From the NCBI GenBank assembly GCA_021818445.1, contig JAKAEB010000001.1, forward strand, positions 16,664 through 80,663: 64,000 bases of DNA, in the 5' to 3' direction. The DNA comes from Planctomycetota bacterium. GTDB taxonomy: Bacteria; Planctomycetota; Phycisphaerae; WQYP01. The notes beneath the pieces were generated by a model, which did not search any database, was not told the origin of the DNA, and worked only from the letters and a program-made list of their open reading frames with translations. Shown piece after piece: positions 39,706 through 49,808 of this stretch; positions within the stretch are counted from its first letter, which is position 1, and every line of letters begins with the position of its first letter. Both the position numbers and the translations under genes were made by a program.

Positions 39706-40656
39706 TCACTCCGTGGGTGGTTCGCTGACGAGTCGGTCTCCGGCCGTTACCGCGTGGCCATTGACGAAATCCGTCATTGACATGGCGGCGCGATTACTCG
39801 GCTGAACGGCGAGAATCCGCACCGTACCCGATCCGCATGCCACATCCGTTCGATTAATAAATACGCCGGGTGACTGCCGATTAATTTCGTCATCTTGTGA
39901 CAAGACTTTAATCAGTCGCAACTCGACGGGATGATCCCCCCGTGCACGGTGCAGTGTGGCCCGGCATCCCGGCCATGGCGAAAGGCCGCGGATACGGCAG
40001 GACACCTGCCGGGACGACTTACTGAAATCGACCCACGACATGGATTTATCAAGTTTGGGTGCCCGGGTCGCCTGTGATTCATCCTGTGGTTTGGGGGTTG
40101 CGGTACCCATGGCGAGTTGTCTGATGGTATCCGTCATTGCTTCAACACCGAGCAGGGCGAGCCGGTCATGTAATTCACCGGCTGTTTCCGACGCGCCGAT
40201 GGGCGTTGCCCGGCTGGCTAATATCGCTCCACCGTCCATCACAGAACTGATGCGGATCACACTGACCCCGGCGTGTGTGTCCCCTGATAATATTGACCAC
40301 TGGATGGGGGCTGCCCCGCGAAAACGTGGCAACAGTGACCCATGAAGGTTAATTGCTCCGAGTCGGGCGGCGGCGGCAAATTCATCGGACAATTTCTGGC
40401 CGAATGCAATCACCACATGTAAGTCCGGCCGGTCAATGGGCAACTGCGGCAGCAAGCCATTGGCTGAATCCGTTTTAATAACCGGCAGGCCCAATTGCGA
40501 TCCCGCTTCGGCCACCGGTGTCGGGGTAAGGTGGCGTCCGCGTCCGCCTGGTTTGTCGGGCTGGGTAATGACCGCTATTTGATGAGGTCCCTCGGCGGCC
40601 AGCGCTCGAAGTGTGGGAATGGCGAAGGCCCCGGAAGCTAAAAACAATATTTTCAT
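39706..40656 (-). CDS. fmt: Methionyl-tRNA formyltransferase
   Basis: MKILFLASGAFAIPTL... and HGSLLPRFRGAAPIQWSILSGD formyltransferase motif. Confidence 0.85.
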   Translation of the reverse strand: MKILFLASGAFAIPTLRALAAEGPHQIAVITQPDKPGGRGRHLTPTPVAEAGSQLGLPVIKTDSANGLLPQLPIDRPDLHVVIAFGQKLSDEFAAAARLGAINLHGSLLPRFRGAAPIQWSILSGDTHAGVSVIRISSVMDGGAILASRATPIGASETAGELHDRLALLGVEAMTDTIRQLAMGTATPKPQDESQATRAPKLDKSMSWVDFSKSSRQVSCRIRGLSPWPGCRATLHRARGDHPVELRLIKVLSQDDEINRQSPGVFINRTDVACGSGTVRILAVQPSNRAAMSMTDFVNGHAVTAGDRLVSEPPTE

Positions 40657-40776
40657 AAAGACCGTGCTGTTGTCCGCAGCGAATCGTGTAATCAGGTTTA
40701 AGGTTTTGCCGCTACCCCGCAGGGCGAATTGATATCGCGTGCGTCAACGGTGGCCGGGCCTTTTTCCCCATGCCGG

Positions 40777-41967
40777 TCAGTTGGTGGCCGGCATGGAGAC
40801 TCCTGTAGCCTTTTCCCGCAGTATCGGCATCCGCTCCTTAACCTGTTTGGCTATGAGCGTGTTGGGAAATTCGTCGATGATCTGCTGGCCAATTCGTGCC
40901 GCATCATTCCAATTTTTGTCTGTCACATGCAGCGAAAACTGCGCGCTAAGTTGGTTGAGCTTTTTCTTGAAAACGTCACGGGCGATTTCAATATAGCTTT
41001 CAGCTTCGCCCGGCGTCAGGTATTGATCCAATTGTTTAAGCAGCTCCACACTGCGATTTACGTCGTCCTTCTGGACAGAATCCATCCATTCCTTAAGCAA
41101 CTCGCGCTTATGTGCATCCTTGGCTTTAGCAATTCGATCCGGCAGATTCTGCACATCGGGATGCCCGCTGAAAAGCTTCATGAGTTGGTCCATCTCGCGC
41201 TGACAACCCGCCCAGTCAAAGCGCCGGAGTAACTGGTCGAAATGATCCAGGGATTCACGCACTTCGCGTTCAATAAAGCCTTTGCGCGAACTGTCTATCA
41301 ATTCGCGCAACTGCGACGCCTCGGCGCGATTTCCAAAACGCTTCTCCATTTCGGTAACCAGCCAATAGGCGGCTTCATAATCATTTTTGTCAATATCTTC
41401 ACGAATCGCGTGCCGCAGCGCCTCCCGGTCCTTATGACGGTAGGCAATCTGCTTAGCCTGATCTGACAGCGTGGTGCTGTCACGGATCGCTTCAAGTATT
41501 TGACGGTGGCTTTCCGCCGCACCACGCAATTGTTCATAATGCCAATTTTCCTCGGCCTTGGAAAGCACCCGCAGATCAATAAGCGGCATGAGCACAAACC
41601 CGCCGACAGCCGTTAACAATCCCGTACACACCAGCAGGCAGCCGGCTATGAATCCGGTCGTCAAGGTGGACACGTTCGCCGATGCGTGGGCACCTCCCTC
41701 ACTGCCGCCAATCAGGGCCATCGCCACGAGCACCAAGCCACCCAGCAATTCCACCAGGCCAAGCAGCAATGCCAGCATGGCCAAGCGTTTTGCTCTTTTT
41801 GCAAGTCTGTCAATGTTCACGTTGAACTCCTCACACGGCCTTCCTTGGCGCCCTACCATCAACCGATGCAGTAGCGGCGGTATCCGCAGGCCTTTGATTT
41901 CGCTCTTCCCCCCGACCACGACCGATATGTAATCGGCCAGCGTATCGTCGGCGAATCCCAGCGTCAA
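40777..41967 (-). CDS. Hypothetical membrane-anchored alpha-helical protein
   Basis: 396 aa. Two or three N-terminal TM helices, then a charged helical region. No recognised family. Confidence 0.45.
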   Translation of the reverse strand: MTLGFADDTLADYISVVVGGKSEIKGLRIPPLLHRLMVGRQGRPCEEFNVNIDRLAKRAKRLAMLALLLGLVELLGGLVLVAMALIGGSEGGAHASANVSTLTTGFIAGCLLVCTGLLTAVGGFVLMPLIDLRVLSKAEENWHYEQLRGAAESHRQILEAIRDSTTLSDQAKQIAYRHKDREALRHAIREDIDKNDYEAAYWLVTEMEKRFGNRAEASQLRELIDSSRKGFIEREVRESLDHFDQLLRRFDWAGCQREMDQLMKLFSGHPDVQNLPDRIAKAKDAHKRELLKEWMDSVQKDDVNRSVELLKQLDQYLTPGEAESYIEIARDVFKKKLNQLSAQFSLHVTDKNWNDAARIGQQIIDEFPNTLIAKQVKERMPILREKATGVSMPATN

Positions 41968-42425
41968 CCATTACAAGAAAACCCCGTCAACGCGTGTTGG
42001 CCACATGACCCGATCCGGCAACCGTTGCAAAAGGGGACTCGGTGGGGGGATCACACCCAAAAGCACCCTGATAAATCGTACCGGAGCGAGGGTCTGACGC
42101 TCCGCTGCGACTGGCTGCCAAAGCGGCATAAAATATACACGCATAAGGTCTCCCTTCGTAACCTGCAAAATAAAATCGGCTATAAAGACAAAAAATATCG
42201 GTTTTTATTGCAATTTAATGATTGAACGTTATACTCCGAAGTCGTTATGGTGTGGTGCTCTCGTAGCGGCCAAGGCGGGGGCAGACGCTTGGAAAAAGCG
42301 TTGCCTTTGAATAATGCCCGCTTGTATATGAAAGTTTGGATAAATGAACGCCAAAAAACTCAGAAAACGCCATTTTTGTTAATGTTTTTTGATGCGTCAT
42401 CCGACAATCATTTAGGTATGCGGTC

Positions 42426-43169
42426 TTGACGATGCATGGGATGCGTATGGGCTCTAAAAACACAAAATCATCGGGAGCAACCAAAAAGCCCATCAGCCAC
42501 AAGCGTGTCTTCGCGGTCATGGTTTCGTTGTTAACCTCACTCACCCTAAGCGCGGTTGCGCTAAGTCTTATGCAAAACCAGCCATTGACCAGTGCCTCCG
42601 TGCGGCCCATTTTGATGCAGGCGGCAACTTCAGCCCAGTCGATCAGTTCGCTGATAAAGCCCCAAGTGCCATTGCGTCGGTCGCAGTGGAACTATATCAT
42701 CCTGTATCAGTCGGGCAAGTCGTCCGGTAATTTGGCCGGTTTGACGTCTGGCCGGCAGATAGGGGGTGTTACTGGATCGGTAATGGCGCATCGAGCTGCC
42801 GTCAACTTTCATTTCGTTGTTGATAATGCGGTTAACTATCGGGGATATCCAAGCGGTAACATAGAAGTTGGGTCATCATGGCGGGACCAACAACCTGCCG
42901 CACCTTATTGTACATGGCCTTATTATTATCATACCGTGCCCAACCCCTACCAAAACGCTGTTGGCGTATGCCTGATAGGTAATCTTGCTCATCAGCAGGT
43001 GTCGAATCGACAGTTGAAGGCGACGGTGGCATTGGTCAAGGGCTTGCAGCGAAAGCTTGGTATTCCCAACTCGCGAGTGCTTTTTGACTGGAACCTCAAC
43101 CCACGCAGCCATGCGAGTGCCGCTGAAGTCCGCCTTGCCAAACGTCTTGGCCAGCTTCTAGCACACTAG
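42426..43169 (+). CDS. Secreted N-acetylmuramoyl-L-alanine amidase family 2 (PGRP/AmpD-like) candidate
   Basis: Signal peptide. YIILYQSG, NFHFVVDN and AVGVCLIGNLAHQQVSNRQLKATVALVKGLQRKLGIP resemble amidase_2 core segments. Confidence 0.45.
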   Translation: MTMHGMRMGSKNTKSSGATKKPISHKRVFAVMVSLLTSLTLSAVALSLMQNQPLTSASVRPILMQAATSAQSISSLIKPQVPLRRSQWNYIILYQSGKSSGNLAGLTSGRQIGGVTGSVMAHRAAVNFHFVVDNAVNYRGYPSGNIEVGSSWRDQQPAAPYCTWPYYYHTVPNPYQNAVGVCLIGNLAHQQVSNRQLKATVALVKGLQRKLGIPNSRVLFDWNLNPRSHASAAEVRLAKRLGQLLAH

Positions 43170-43329
43170 ATCGTTAACCGAATCCAACATGGTTTCTCGT
43201 TTCACCACGTCGAGCTTCTTTTGCGCGCCGGCGACAAAACGCCCCATCGCGTTGGTCTACGTGTCTCGACGGTTGTGGTAATTTGTGTAAAATGCACCTT
43301 GGGCTGTGGACTCATTATTTAAAATGTGA

Positions 43330-44286
43330 GTGGGTCATAGAAGCGGCACAGGTGGTTGGCTTTGGGGTGTTGCGACGTTAATGGCACCATCGACGGAAAT
43401 ATTGCCGGAAATTCCAGAATTTGACGTGCTTTCATGTCTTGGATACGGGGCACGCAGCACCATTTACGCGGTTTGCGAAACCCGAACCCGGCAGCTTTAC
43501 GCCCTGAAGAGGGTCATTCGGCGCACGGCCGAAGACGACAAGTTTATCGAGCAGGCAGAGCAGGAATATGCCATCAGCAGCCAATTCACACATCCCGTCC
43601 TGCGGAAGAGCCACCGGCTTATACGCCGTCGTAAGTTTCTTGCATTAAATGAATTACATCTTTTGATGGATATGTTTGACGGTACATCGCTGGATGTAGA
43701 ACGACCCGCCGATCTTAAATCGTTGCTGGAAATCTCATGCCAGGTGGCGGAGGGGCTCGCGGCGCTGCACAAAATGGGTTATGTGCACGCCGATATCAAG
43801 CCGAATAACATTCTCGTGGATAGTCGTAACGTATCGAAAATTATCGACTTTGGTCAAAGTTGTTCAATAGGCACGGTGAAAAACCGTATACAGGGCACGC
43901 CCGACTACATTGCGCCGGAACAGGTAGCTTTGGGTCCGCTCACCCCGGCGACGGACATTTTCAATTTTGGTGCCACCATTTATTGGTGTGTAACCGATCG
44001 ACATGTTCCGACCGTCATTCCGAGAAAGCGAACGGGTGTAAGCGGAATTGATGCGCGAATCTTGGTCCCGCCGCACGAGGTCAATCCGAGGATACCCGTC
44101 CCCTTGTCACGCCTGATACTCGAGTGTGTCGAAAACCGTCCATCTGACCGGCCAAAATCGATGGATGAGGTACATAATCGGTTGCAGTTTGTGCTCAGCA
44201 TGGGCAGCGCCGTCCAACTGACGCGCACCAATAATAAAGATCCCGATTCGGGCCAATCAACCGAGGAAGCCGATACCGTGACGTGA
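43330..44286 (+). CDS. Hanks-type serine/threonine protein kinase
   Basis: GYGARSTIY (Gly-loop), ALKRV, HADIKPNNILV (catalytic loop), IIDFGQS (DFG) and GTPDYIAPE (APE). The true start may be the internal MAPSTE. Confidence 0.8.
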   Translation: MGHRSGTGGWLWGVATLMAPSTEILPEIPEFDVLSCLGYGARSTIYAVCETRTRQLYALKRVIRRTAEDDKFIEQAEQEYAISSQFTHPVLRKSHRLIRRRKFLALNELHLLMDMFDGTSLDVERPADLKSLLEISCQVAEGLAALHKMGYVHADIKPNNILVDSRNVSKIIDFGQSCSIGTVKNRIQGTPDYIAPEQVALGPLTPATDIFNFGATIYWCVTDRHVPTVIPRKRTGVSGIDARILVPPHEVNPRIPVPLSRLILECVENRPSDRPKSMDEVHNRLQFVLSMGSAVQLTRTNNKDPDSGQSTEEADTVT

Positions 44287-44382
44287 CGGAAGCAGAAATT
44301 TTGGTGCGTGGAATCAGGCATGCGTATGGTACCGAAGCGCTGATATCCAGTCAGATCAGTCACGTTAGATGGGGTAAACATA

Positions 44383-45234
44383 GTGTCGTCACGACAAACA
44401 ATTGATTTACTTTTAGCCGCCGCCGATTACAACCGGAATCATCCTCTGCGCAATGGCAACAAGTTGCATCTTCCCACCAACGGCGAATTGATAGTCACCG
44501 GCGACCTGCACAATCATCAGAGAAATTTTGAGCGGATCAAACGCTTTGCCAGCTTGGACCGCTTTCCCGACCGCCACGTTATTTTGCAGGAGTTGATTCA
44601 TGGCGGGCCACTTGGTGCCGACGGAGAAGATACCAGCCTGCAACTCCTCGCCGATGCGTGCCAATGGGCGTTGGATTATCCCGGTCAGGTACATTTTCTG
44701 CTTGCCAATCATGATCTTGCCCAGATCATGGGTGTTGCCATCATGAAAGACGGATACGATCTAACCGAGCGCTTCAATCGAGCCTATGGCCTATGGTACG
44801 GGTCCCGAGGCGTCAATGTATCGGCTGCGTTTCGTGATTTTGTCGTCAGCATGCCGCTGGCAGCCATATCGGCATCAGGCTTGCTGCTGACCCATTCCTT
44901 GCCTTCCGACAGTGATTTATCCACGTTTGATCCCTCCATTCTGGAACGGCAACTCACCGAGGACGATTATCAGCGCACGGGCTCGGTATACAAGCTGATC
45001 TGGGGACGGAATCAATCGCAGGCGGTACTGGATGCATTGGCAAAAGTATGGTGGGCAGACCTGTATATTTGCGGACATCAGGCCCAGGACTCGGGGCATG
45101 GTGTGATCGGGCGGAATATGTTCCTGCTTGATTCTTCACACAACCACGGCATGCTGTTGCCCATCATATTAGAAAAACAGTATACAATAAATGATCTCTC
45201 CAGCCGGGTGGTGCCTCTGGCCAGCATCGCCTGA
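44383..45234 (+). CDS. Metallophosphoesterase (PPP-family Ser/Thr phosphatase-like)
   Basis: GDLHNH, LQELIHGGP and LLANHDLAQ match the GDxHG / GDxxDRG / GNHE-like architecture. Confidence 0.6.
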   Translation: MSSRQTIDLLLAAADYNRNHPLRNGNKLHLPTNGELIVTGDLHNHQRNFERIKRFASLDRFPDRHVILQELIHGGPLGADGEDTSLQLLADACQWALDYPGQVHFLLANHDLAQIMGVAIMKDGYDLTERFNRAYGLWYGSRGVNVSAAFRDFVVSMPLAAISASGLLLTHSLPSDSDLSTFDPSILERQLTEDDYQRTGSVYKLIWGRNQSQAVLDALAKVWWADLYICGHQAQDSGHGVIGRNMFLLDSSHNHGMLLPIILEKQYTINDLSSRVVPLASIA

Positions 45235-45322
45235 GGCCAGTCATATTCGCCGCGTGCCATGATGGGCTGTTCCCGCCTTTGCCTGTGCTATAATGCTGAC
45301 CGAGGCGTTTATCCCGGACGAT

Positions 45323-46084
45323 ATGGAGCTCATCGTGGATGAAAAACTGAAAAATAAAACAGCCATAATCACTGGTGCCAGCAGTGGAATCGGGCGCGCC
45401 GCCGGTATGCAACTCGCCCGGCATGGCGCGACGGTAGTGCTTGTGGCGCGTCGTGAAAAACAATTGCAGGCGGTCGCCGGGGAAATTAAAGCGTTCGGTG
45501 GAAACTCCATCGTCGTGGTAGCCGATATGTCGCGGTCTGAAGAAATTGATCGGTGCCTATCCATATGCCGGGAAAGAACCGGAAGGCTGGATATTGCCGT
45601 CGTCAATGCGGGCCGAGGTTTAGCCGGTGGACTCCTGTCCAGTGACGAAAGTCAGTGGGAGGAGATGTACAAGCTCAATGTACTATCGGCGGCCCGGCTT
45701 ATGCGTCGTTGTGGGGCGTGGATGCTTGAACGCGGCAGTGGCGATATTGTGGTGCTTGGGTCGGTCTCCGGTCACCATATTTCTCCGTTCAGCGGCTTTT
45801 ATGGCTCAAGCAAATGGGCACTGGCGTCTCTGGCGGAGGCATTTCGTCGCGAGGTGGCCTCGAAGGGGATTCGCGTTTCCACCATCAAACCGGGCGTAGT
45901 GGAATCAGAATTTCAGGCCGTTGCCGGGTATGACCGGGATAATTTTTACAAAACCATCGAAAAGTATGGAACGCTTCTCACGCCTGAAGATGTTGCCGAT
46001 GCAATCGCTTATGTCGTCACGCGCCCGGCCCATGTCCTGATTAACGATCTTATTATTCGGCCCATCGGGCAAGACTATCCGTAG
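45323..46084 (+). CDS. SDR family oxidoreductase
   Basis: TGASSGIGRAAG NAD(P)-binding motif. NAG, SGxxxSK and YGSSK catalytic tetrad elements. Confidence 0.8.
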   Translation: MELIVDEKLKNKTAIITGASSGIGRAAGMQLARHGATVVLVARREKQLQAVAGEIKAFGGNSIVVVADMSRSEEIDRCLSICRERTGRLDIAVVNAGRGLAGGLLSSDESQWEEMYKLNVLSAARLMRRCGAWMLERGSGDIVVLGSVSGHHISPFSGFYGSSKWALASLAEAFRREVASKGIRVSTIKPGVVESEFQAVAGYDRDNFYKTIEKYGTLLTPEDVADAIAYVVTRPAHVLINDLIIRPIGQDYP

Positions 46085-46163
46085 CCGAAAACCTGTTCCG
46101 GCGCAAGGCCACTTGCACATACCGACCGAGATTACTTTTGCGTAGCAGAGTTTGGTTTATCGG

Positions 46164-46400
46164 GACGTGAATTCGGGATTAGGAATTCCGTAGCTCTGTT
46201 TATCCAAGTTGCTATGTTCATCGTGGCACAGACATTCCTGTCTGTGCCGCTGTATTCCGGGCTAAATCACAGGCAAGAATGCCTGTGTCACCTTGGTTAG
46301 CGTGAATTCCGGATAAGCCCTTTCGCCGGCCGCTCGACGGCTGATTGCTTGAAACATCGCCAGAAACATTTGTTAACCATGACTTCTTATCCCGAAATCA
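46164..46400 (+). mobile_element. MITE-like 237-bp element, copy B
   Basis: Aligns end-to-end with 5225..5461 at ~90% identity. Both hairpins are conserved: cacagacattcctgtctgtg and cacaggcaagaatgcctgtg. TIRs are tgaattcgggattaggaat and acttcttatcccgaaatca. Lies between convergent genes. Confidence 0.55.
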
Positions 46401-46404
46401 CTTT

Positions 46405-47343
46405 CTATCGGGGGATGTACCCGCGCTGCCGCAGCCACTGAACACACGCCGCTGGCCATTGCACAGATGCTGTTCCCGGTACACCCAGCCCGAAGCCATG
46501 TTTTCCTGTCGCATACACATGTAATACCGCAGGGATGTGTTCACGTTTAAGCGCACGATAAAAACTGAAGCTGTTTTCCAGCGGGACGATGGGATCATTA
46601 CGTGCCACGCAAATAAATGCGGGTGGTGTCAGTTTGGTCACCATTAAATTGGCCGAAAAGTATTTCTCCACTCCCAGCGGACAATGCTCGCCCAGCAGCG
46701 CATTATGCGATCCCGGATGTGTAATACCCGGTATCATGGAAATAACTGGATAGCCAAGAATAAGAAAATCTGGGCGTGTGCTCAAGCGATCAATGCGGCG
46801 CGGGGCGTTCGGGTTGCCCGGCAAAAAAAGCGTGCCCGCCATTGCCGCCACATGGCCGCCGGCCGAAAATCCCGCCACTCCAACATCATTGGGATTGATG
46901 TGCCATGCGTGGGCATTGGCACGCACAATCTGCACAGCCCGGCGCACATCCTGCAAAGGCCACGGCACACCACTCGGTGGCAGCTTGCCATTGGGCAAGC
47001 GATAATTAAGTACAAAGGCCGACACACCCAGTTTGTTAAGCCATTGGGCAATGGCATATCCTTCGTGATGAACTGCCTCGTAAACGTACCCACCGCCCGG
47101 GCAGATCACCACCGCACAACCATTGGCGTGTTGACGGCCGACCAGGTATTCGGTCAGGGTGGGCCATTTATGCAACTTCCACGCGCGCTGATCCATCGGC
47201 ACTTTAAGGTGCGGCCAAACTGGAATGACCTTGGCATCAGGTTTGCGACGGGGGGCAAACCACGCGGGCATTTTCGCCACGCCGCTGGTGGCTATTCCAC
47301 CAATCACAAATGCCGCGAGGATGAAATGTGACAGCTCTTTCAT
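46405..47343 (-). CDS. Secreted alpha/beta hydrolase (esterase/lipase-type, Ser-His-Asp)
   Basis: Signal peptide MKELSHFILAAFVIGGIATSGVA. HGGG-like ICPGGGY oxyanion motif. Nucleophile elbow GFSAGGH. Confidence 0.7.
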   Translation of the reverse strand: MKELSHFILAAFVIGGIATSGVAKMPAWFAPRRKPDAKVIPVWPHLKVPMDQRAWKLHKWPTLTEYLVGRQHANGCAVVICPGGGYVYEAVHHEGYAIAQWLNKLGVSAFVLNYRLPNGKLPPSGVPWPLQDVRRAVQIVRANAHAWHINPNDVGVAGFSAGGHVAAMAGTLFLPGNPNAPRRIDRLSTRPDFLILGYPVISMIPGITHPGSHNALLGEHCPLGVEKYFSANLMVTKLTPPAFICVARNDPIVPLENSFSFYRALKREHIPAVLHVYATGKHGFGLGVPGTASVQWPAACVQWLRQRGYIPR

Positions 47344-47560
47344 GGATAATCCCTTTCGGTTCGTAAGGTATCGCCTCCTCATCAACTTATGGCCAATTCC
47401 CTTCCATGTAAAGCGGCCTCCCGCCAATAAATTATGTCCATTCAAAACTTACTCAGAGTGGCCGTAGAGCAGCTTTATCGCCCCCTTTAAAAATCCCGGC
47501 ACAATTTCACTTTTACGCCGAAAATGCTATAATCTCGAGTAGTTTTGAAAGGAGTAATAT

Positions 47561-47890
47561 ATGTCGATATTGTTAAGCGAGACAGCGGCCCGTGAAATTC
47601 GTAACATCATGAAAGAGCAGGGCCTCAGTGAGAACGTCGCCCTTCGCGTTGGTGTTAAAGGCGGCGGCTGTTCCGGCTTCAGCTATGTGCTTGATCTGAC
47701 CGACGATCAAAGCGAGAATGATGAAGTGATGGAATCGCATGGGGTAAAAGTGGTGTCGGACCGCAAAAGTTACCTCTACCTTAACGGAACCGAAATCGAT
47801 TTCAAAGATGAAGTAATGGGGCGCGGGTTTGTTTTCAAAAATCCCAACGCTACCCACACCTGCGGTTGCGGTTCGTCTTTCAGCGCGTAA
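47561..47890 (+). CDS. HesB/IscA-type iron-sulfur cluster insertion protein
   Basis: 109 aa. GGGCSGFSY and the C-terminal CGCGSSF Cys ligands. Confidence 0.85.
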   Translation: MSILLSETAAREIRNIMKEQGLSENVALRVGVKGGGCSGFSYVLDLTDDQSENDEVMESHGVKVVSDRKSYLYLNGTEIDFKDEVMGRGFVFKNPNATHTCGCGSSFSA

Positions 47891-47926
47891 GCGCGCAGCC
47901 ACGAGGTTTAGTATATTGATTAACAG

Positions 47927-47950
47927 GGCCGGGGTTACCCGGCCTTTTTT
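47927..47950 (+). terminator. Rho-independent terminator after iscA-type gene
   Basis: GGCCGGG-gtta-CCCGGCC followed by TTTTTTATT. Confidence 0.6.
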
Positions 47951-47976
47951 ATTGCGGAGGATGCACCATCAAAGCA

Positions 47977-48909
47977 ATGATATTGACAGCCAATGGCGGC
48001 CCTGAAAACCTGCAAATGCGCGATATCCCACTTCCACCTCTGGGGGCTAATCAATTGCTTGTGCGCGTGCTGGCGACGAGTGTTAATCCGGTTGATGCCA
48101 AACTGCGAAAGACAGGGGCATTTGGTTACGGCAGCGGAAGCGTGTTGGGATTTGATGTCGCTGGCAAGGTGGAAAAGGTGGGTGTCGCCGTCACAGATTT
48201 TCACCCAGCGGATGATGTGTATTATTCTCCGGCGTTCGGGCTGCCGGGCAGTTATGCCGAATTTAATATTGTTGACGCCGCCATCGTCGCCAAAAAGCCG
48301 CCGGAACTGTCATGGATTGAAGCCGCCGCCGTACCGCTCGCGGCTATGACTGCTTACGGCGCACTGTTTGATCGTGCCAATGTGCGGCTGGGACAAACCG
48401 TATTAATTATCAACAGCACCGGCGGTGTCGGGTCATTTGCCACTCAATTGGCCCATCGCGCCGGTGCCTATGTCATGGCCGTCTGTTCGGGCCCCAATAT
48501 GGCCCTTGCCCGGTCACTTGGTGCCGATCGTGTGATTGACCGGCAAGCGGAAGATGTCATTGCCGTCGTTAAACAGGAACATCCGGACGGTGTAGATGTG
48601 GTGCTGGATTGTGCCGGGTTTGACTGGATCGCCCGATGCATGGAAGTGGTGCGTCCGATGGGGCAGATGGTTACGATTGTGAATCCTTCCGGGGAATTGG
48701 CCCTCGGTTATCGTAAAAATATTACGCTGCACTATTCGTTCCTGTCCAGAAGCCGGGTAACGCTGGACCGCCTTACCGCTCTGATCAACCGCAATTTACT
48801 TAAACCGGTGATCAATAAAGTTTATCGCCTGGAAGAAATCGCCGATGCCCACCGCTGCCTTGAACAGGGTGATGGATTTGGCAAAATCGGCGTATCGGTT
48901 GGCAGTTGA
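47977..48909 (+). CDS. Zinc-type/MDR quinone oxidoreductase family NAD(P)H-dependent dehydrogenase
   Basis: GLNPVD-like ATSVNPVDAKLR and GGVGSFATQLA Rossmann motif. Confidence 0.7.
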   Translation: MILTANGGPENLQMRDIPLPPLGANQLLVRVLATSVNPVDAKLRKTGAFGYGSGSVLGFDVAGKVEKVGVAVTDFHPADDVYYSPAFGLPGSYAEFNIVDAAIVAKKPPELSWIEAAAVPLAAMTAYGALFDRANVRLGQTVLIINSTGGVGSFATQLAHRAGAYVMAVCSGPNMALARSLGADRVIDRQAEDVIAVVKQEHPDGVDVVLDCAGFDWIARCMEVVRPMGQMVTIVNPSGELALGYRKNITLHYSFLSRSRVTLDRLTALINRNLLKPVINKVYRLEEIADAHRCLEQGDGFGKIGVSVGS

Positions 48910-48954
48910 AGATTTCATCGACCGTCTGATGTCGGTAAGCGGATACCGGAAAAA

Positions 48955-49806
48955 TCAGTGCGGCTGCGTCGGGCGGTCCAGAACGTCCACGGGCCGGATG
49001 GCAAAGCCGCCGTGCTGCCCAAAAAACTGTGCCGGGTTGTTGTGAAATATTTTAATCAGAGCCGACCGATCGTGCCCACGGCGCCTGGCCTCAAGCGCGG
49101 TACGGTGGACCCACAGTGGATCGCTGACGCCCCAATCAGCGGCGGCGTTGATGCATACCCGGTCTGAACCATATATTTCCAGCATGTCCACAGCGCGTTC
49201 GGGCGTGGCCTTGGTGGTGGGGTAAACCGTCATTCCCGCCCAGAAGCCGGCATCCTTTACCATACGGATGGTGTGTTCCTCACAATGATCAATTAATACA
49301 CGCGATGGATCAATCGCCGATCCGAAATCCCGCAGCATGTCAATAATCAACCGTGTTCCGCGCCATTTGTCCTCAAGATGCGGTGTATGAATCAGTATCA
49401 GACGGTGGACTCCATCGCCGGCGTCAATAGCAAGCTGAACATGGCGACGGAAAACCTCCATCTCGTGGGGGGTGTTTTTGTGCAGCCCTATCTCGCCGAC
49501 ACCCAGCACATTGGGCCGTTTCAAAAAAGTCGGGATCAGGCTCATCACTTCGCGGGCTTTACCCAAATCCTCGGCTTCCTTTGGATTCAGACATATCCAG
49601 CAATAATGGGCGACACCAAATTGCGACGCCCGCTGGGGTTCAAACTCTGTCAGTTGCCGGTAGTAATCGGCAAACGCCGACGGCGTGCGATCAAACCCAG
49701 CCCAAAACGCGGGTTCACTTACCGCAACCACGCCGGCCATCGCCATATTTTCATAATCGGTGGTAGTCCTTGAAACCATATGCACATGCGGATCGATAAC
49801 GAACAT
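48955..49806 (-). CDS. TatD-related metal-dependent hydrolase (TIM-barrel amidohydrolase superfamily)
   Basis: N-terminal IDPHVHM. Mid GVGEIGLH and later His/Asp/Glu metal ligands typical of TatD-like. Confidence 0.5.
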   Translation of the reverse strand: MFVIDPHVHMVSRTTTDYENMAMAGVVAVSEPAFWAGFDRTPSAFADYYRQLTEFEPQRASQFGVAHYCWICLNPKEAEDLGKAREVMSLIPTFLKRPNVLGVGEIGLHKNTPHEMEVFRRHVQLAIDAGDGVHRLILIHTPHLEDKWRGTRLIIDMLRDFGSAIDPSRVLIDHCEEHTIRMVKDAGFWAGMTVYPTTKATPERAVDMLEIYGSDRVCINAAADWGVSDPLWVHRTALEARRRGHDRSALIKIFHNNPAQFFGQHGGFAIRPVDVLDRPTQPH

Positions 49807-49808
49807 GC

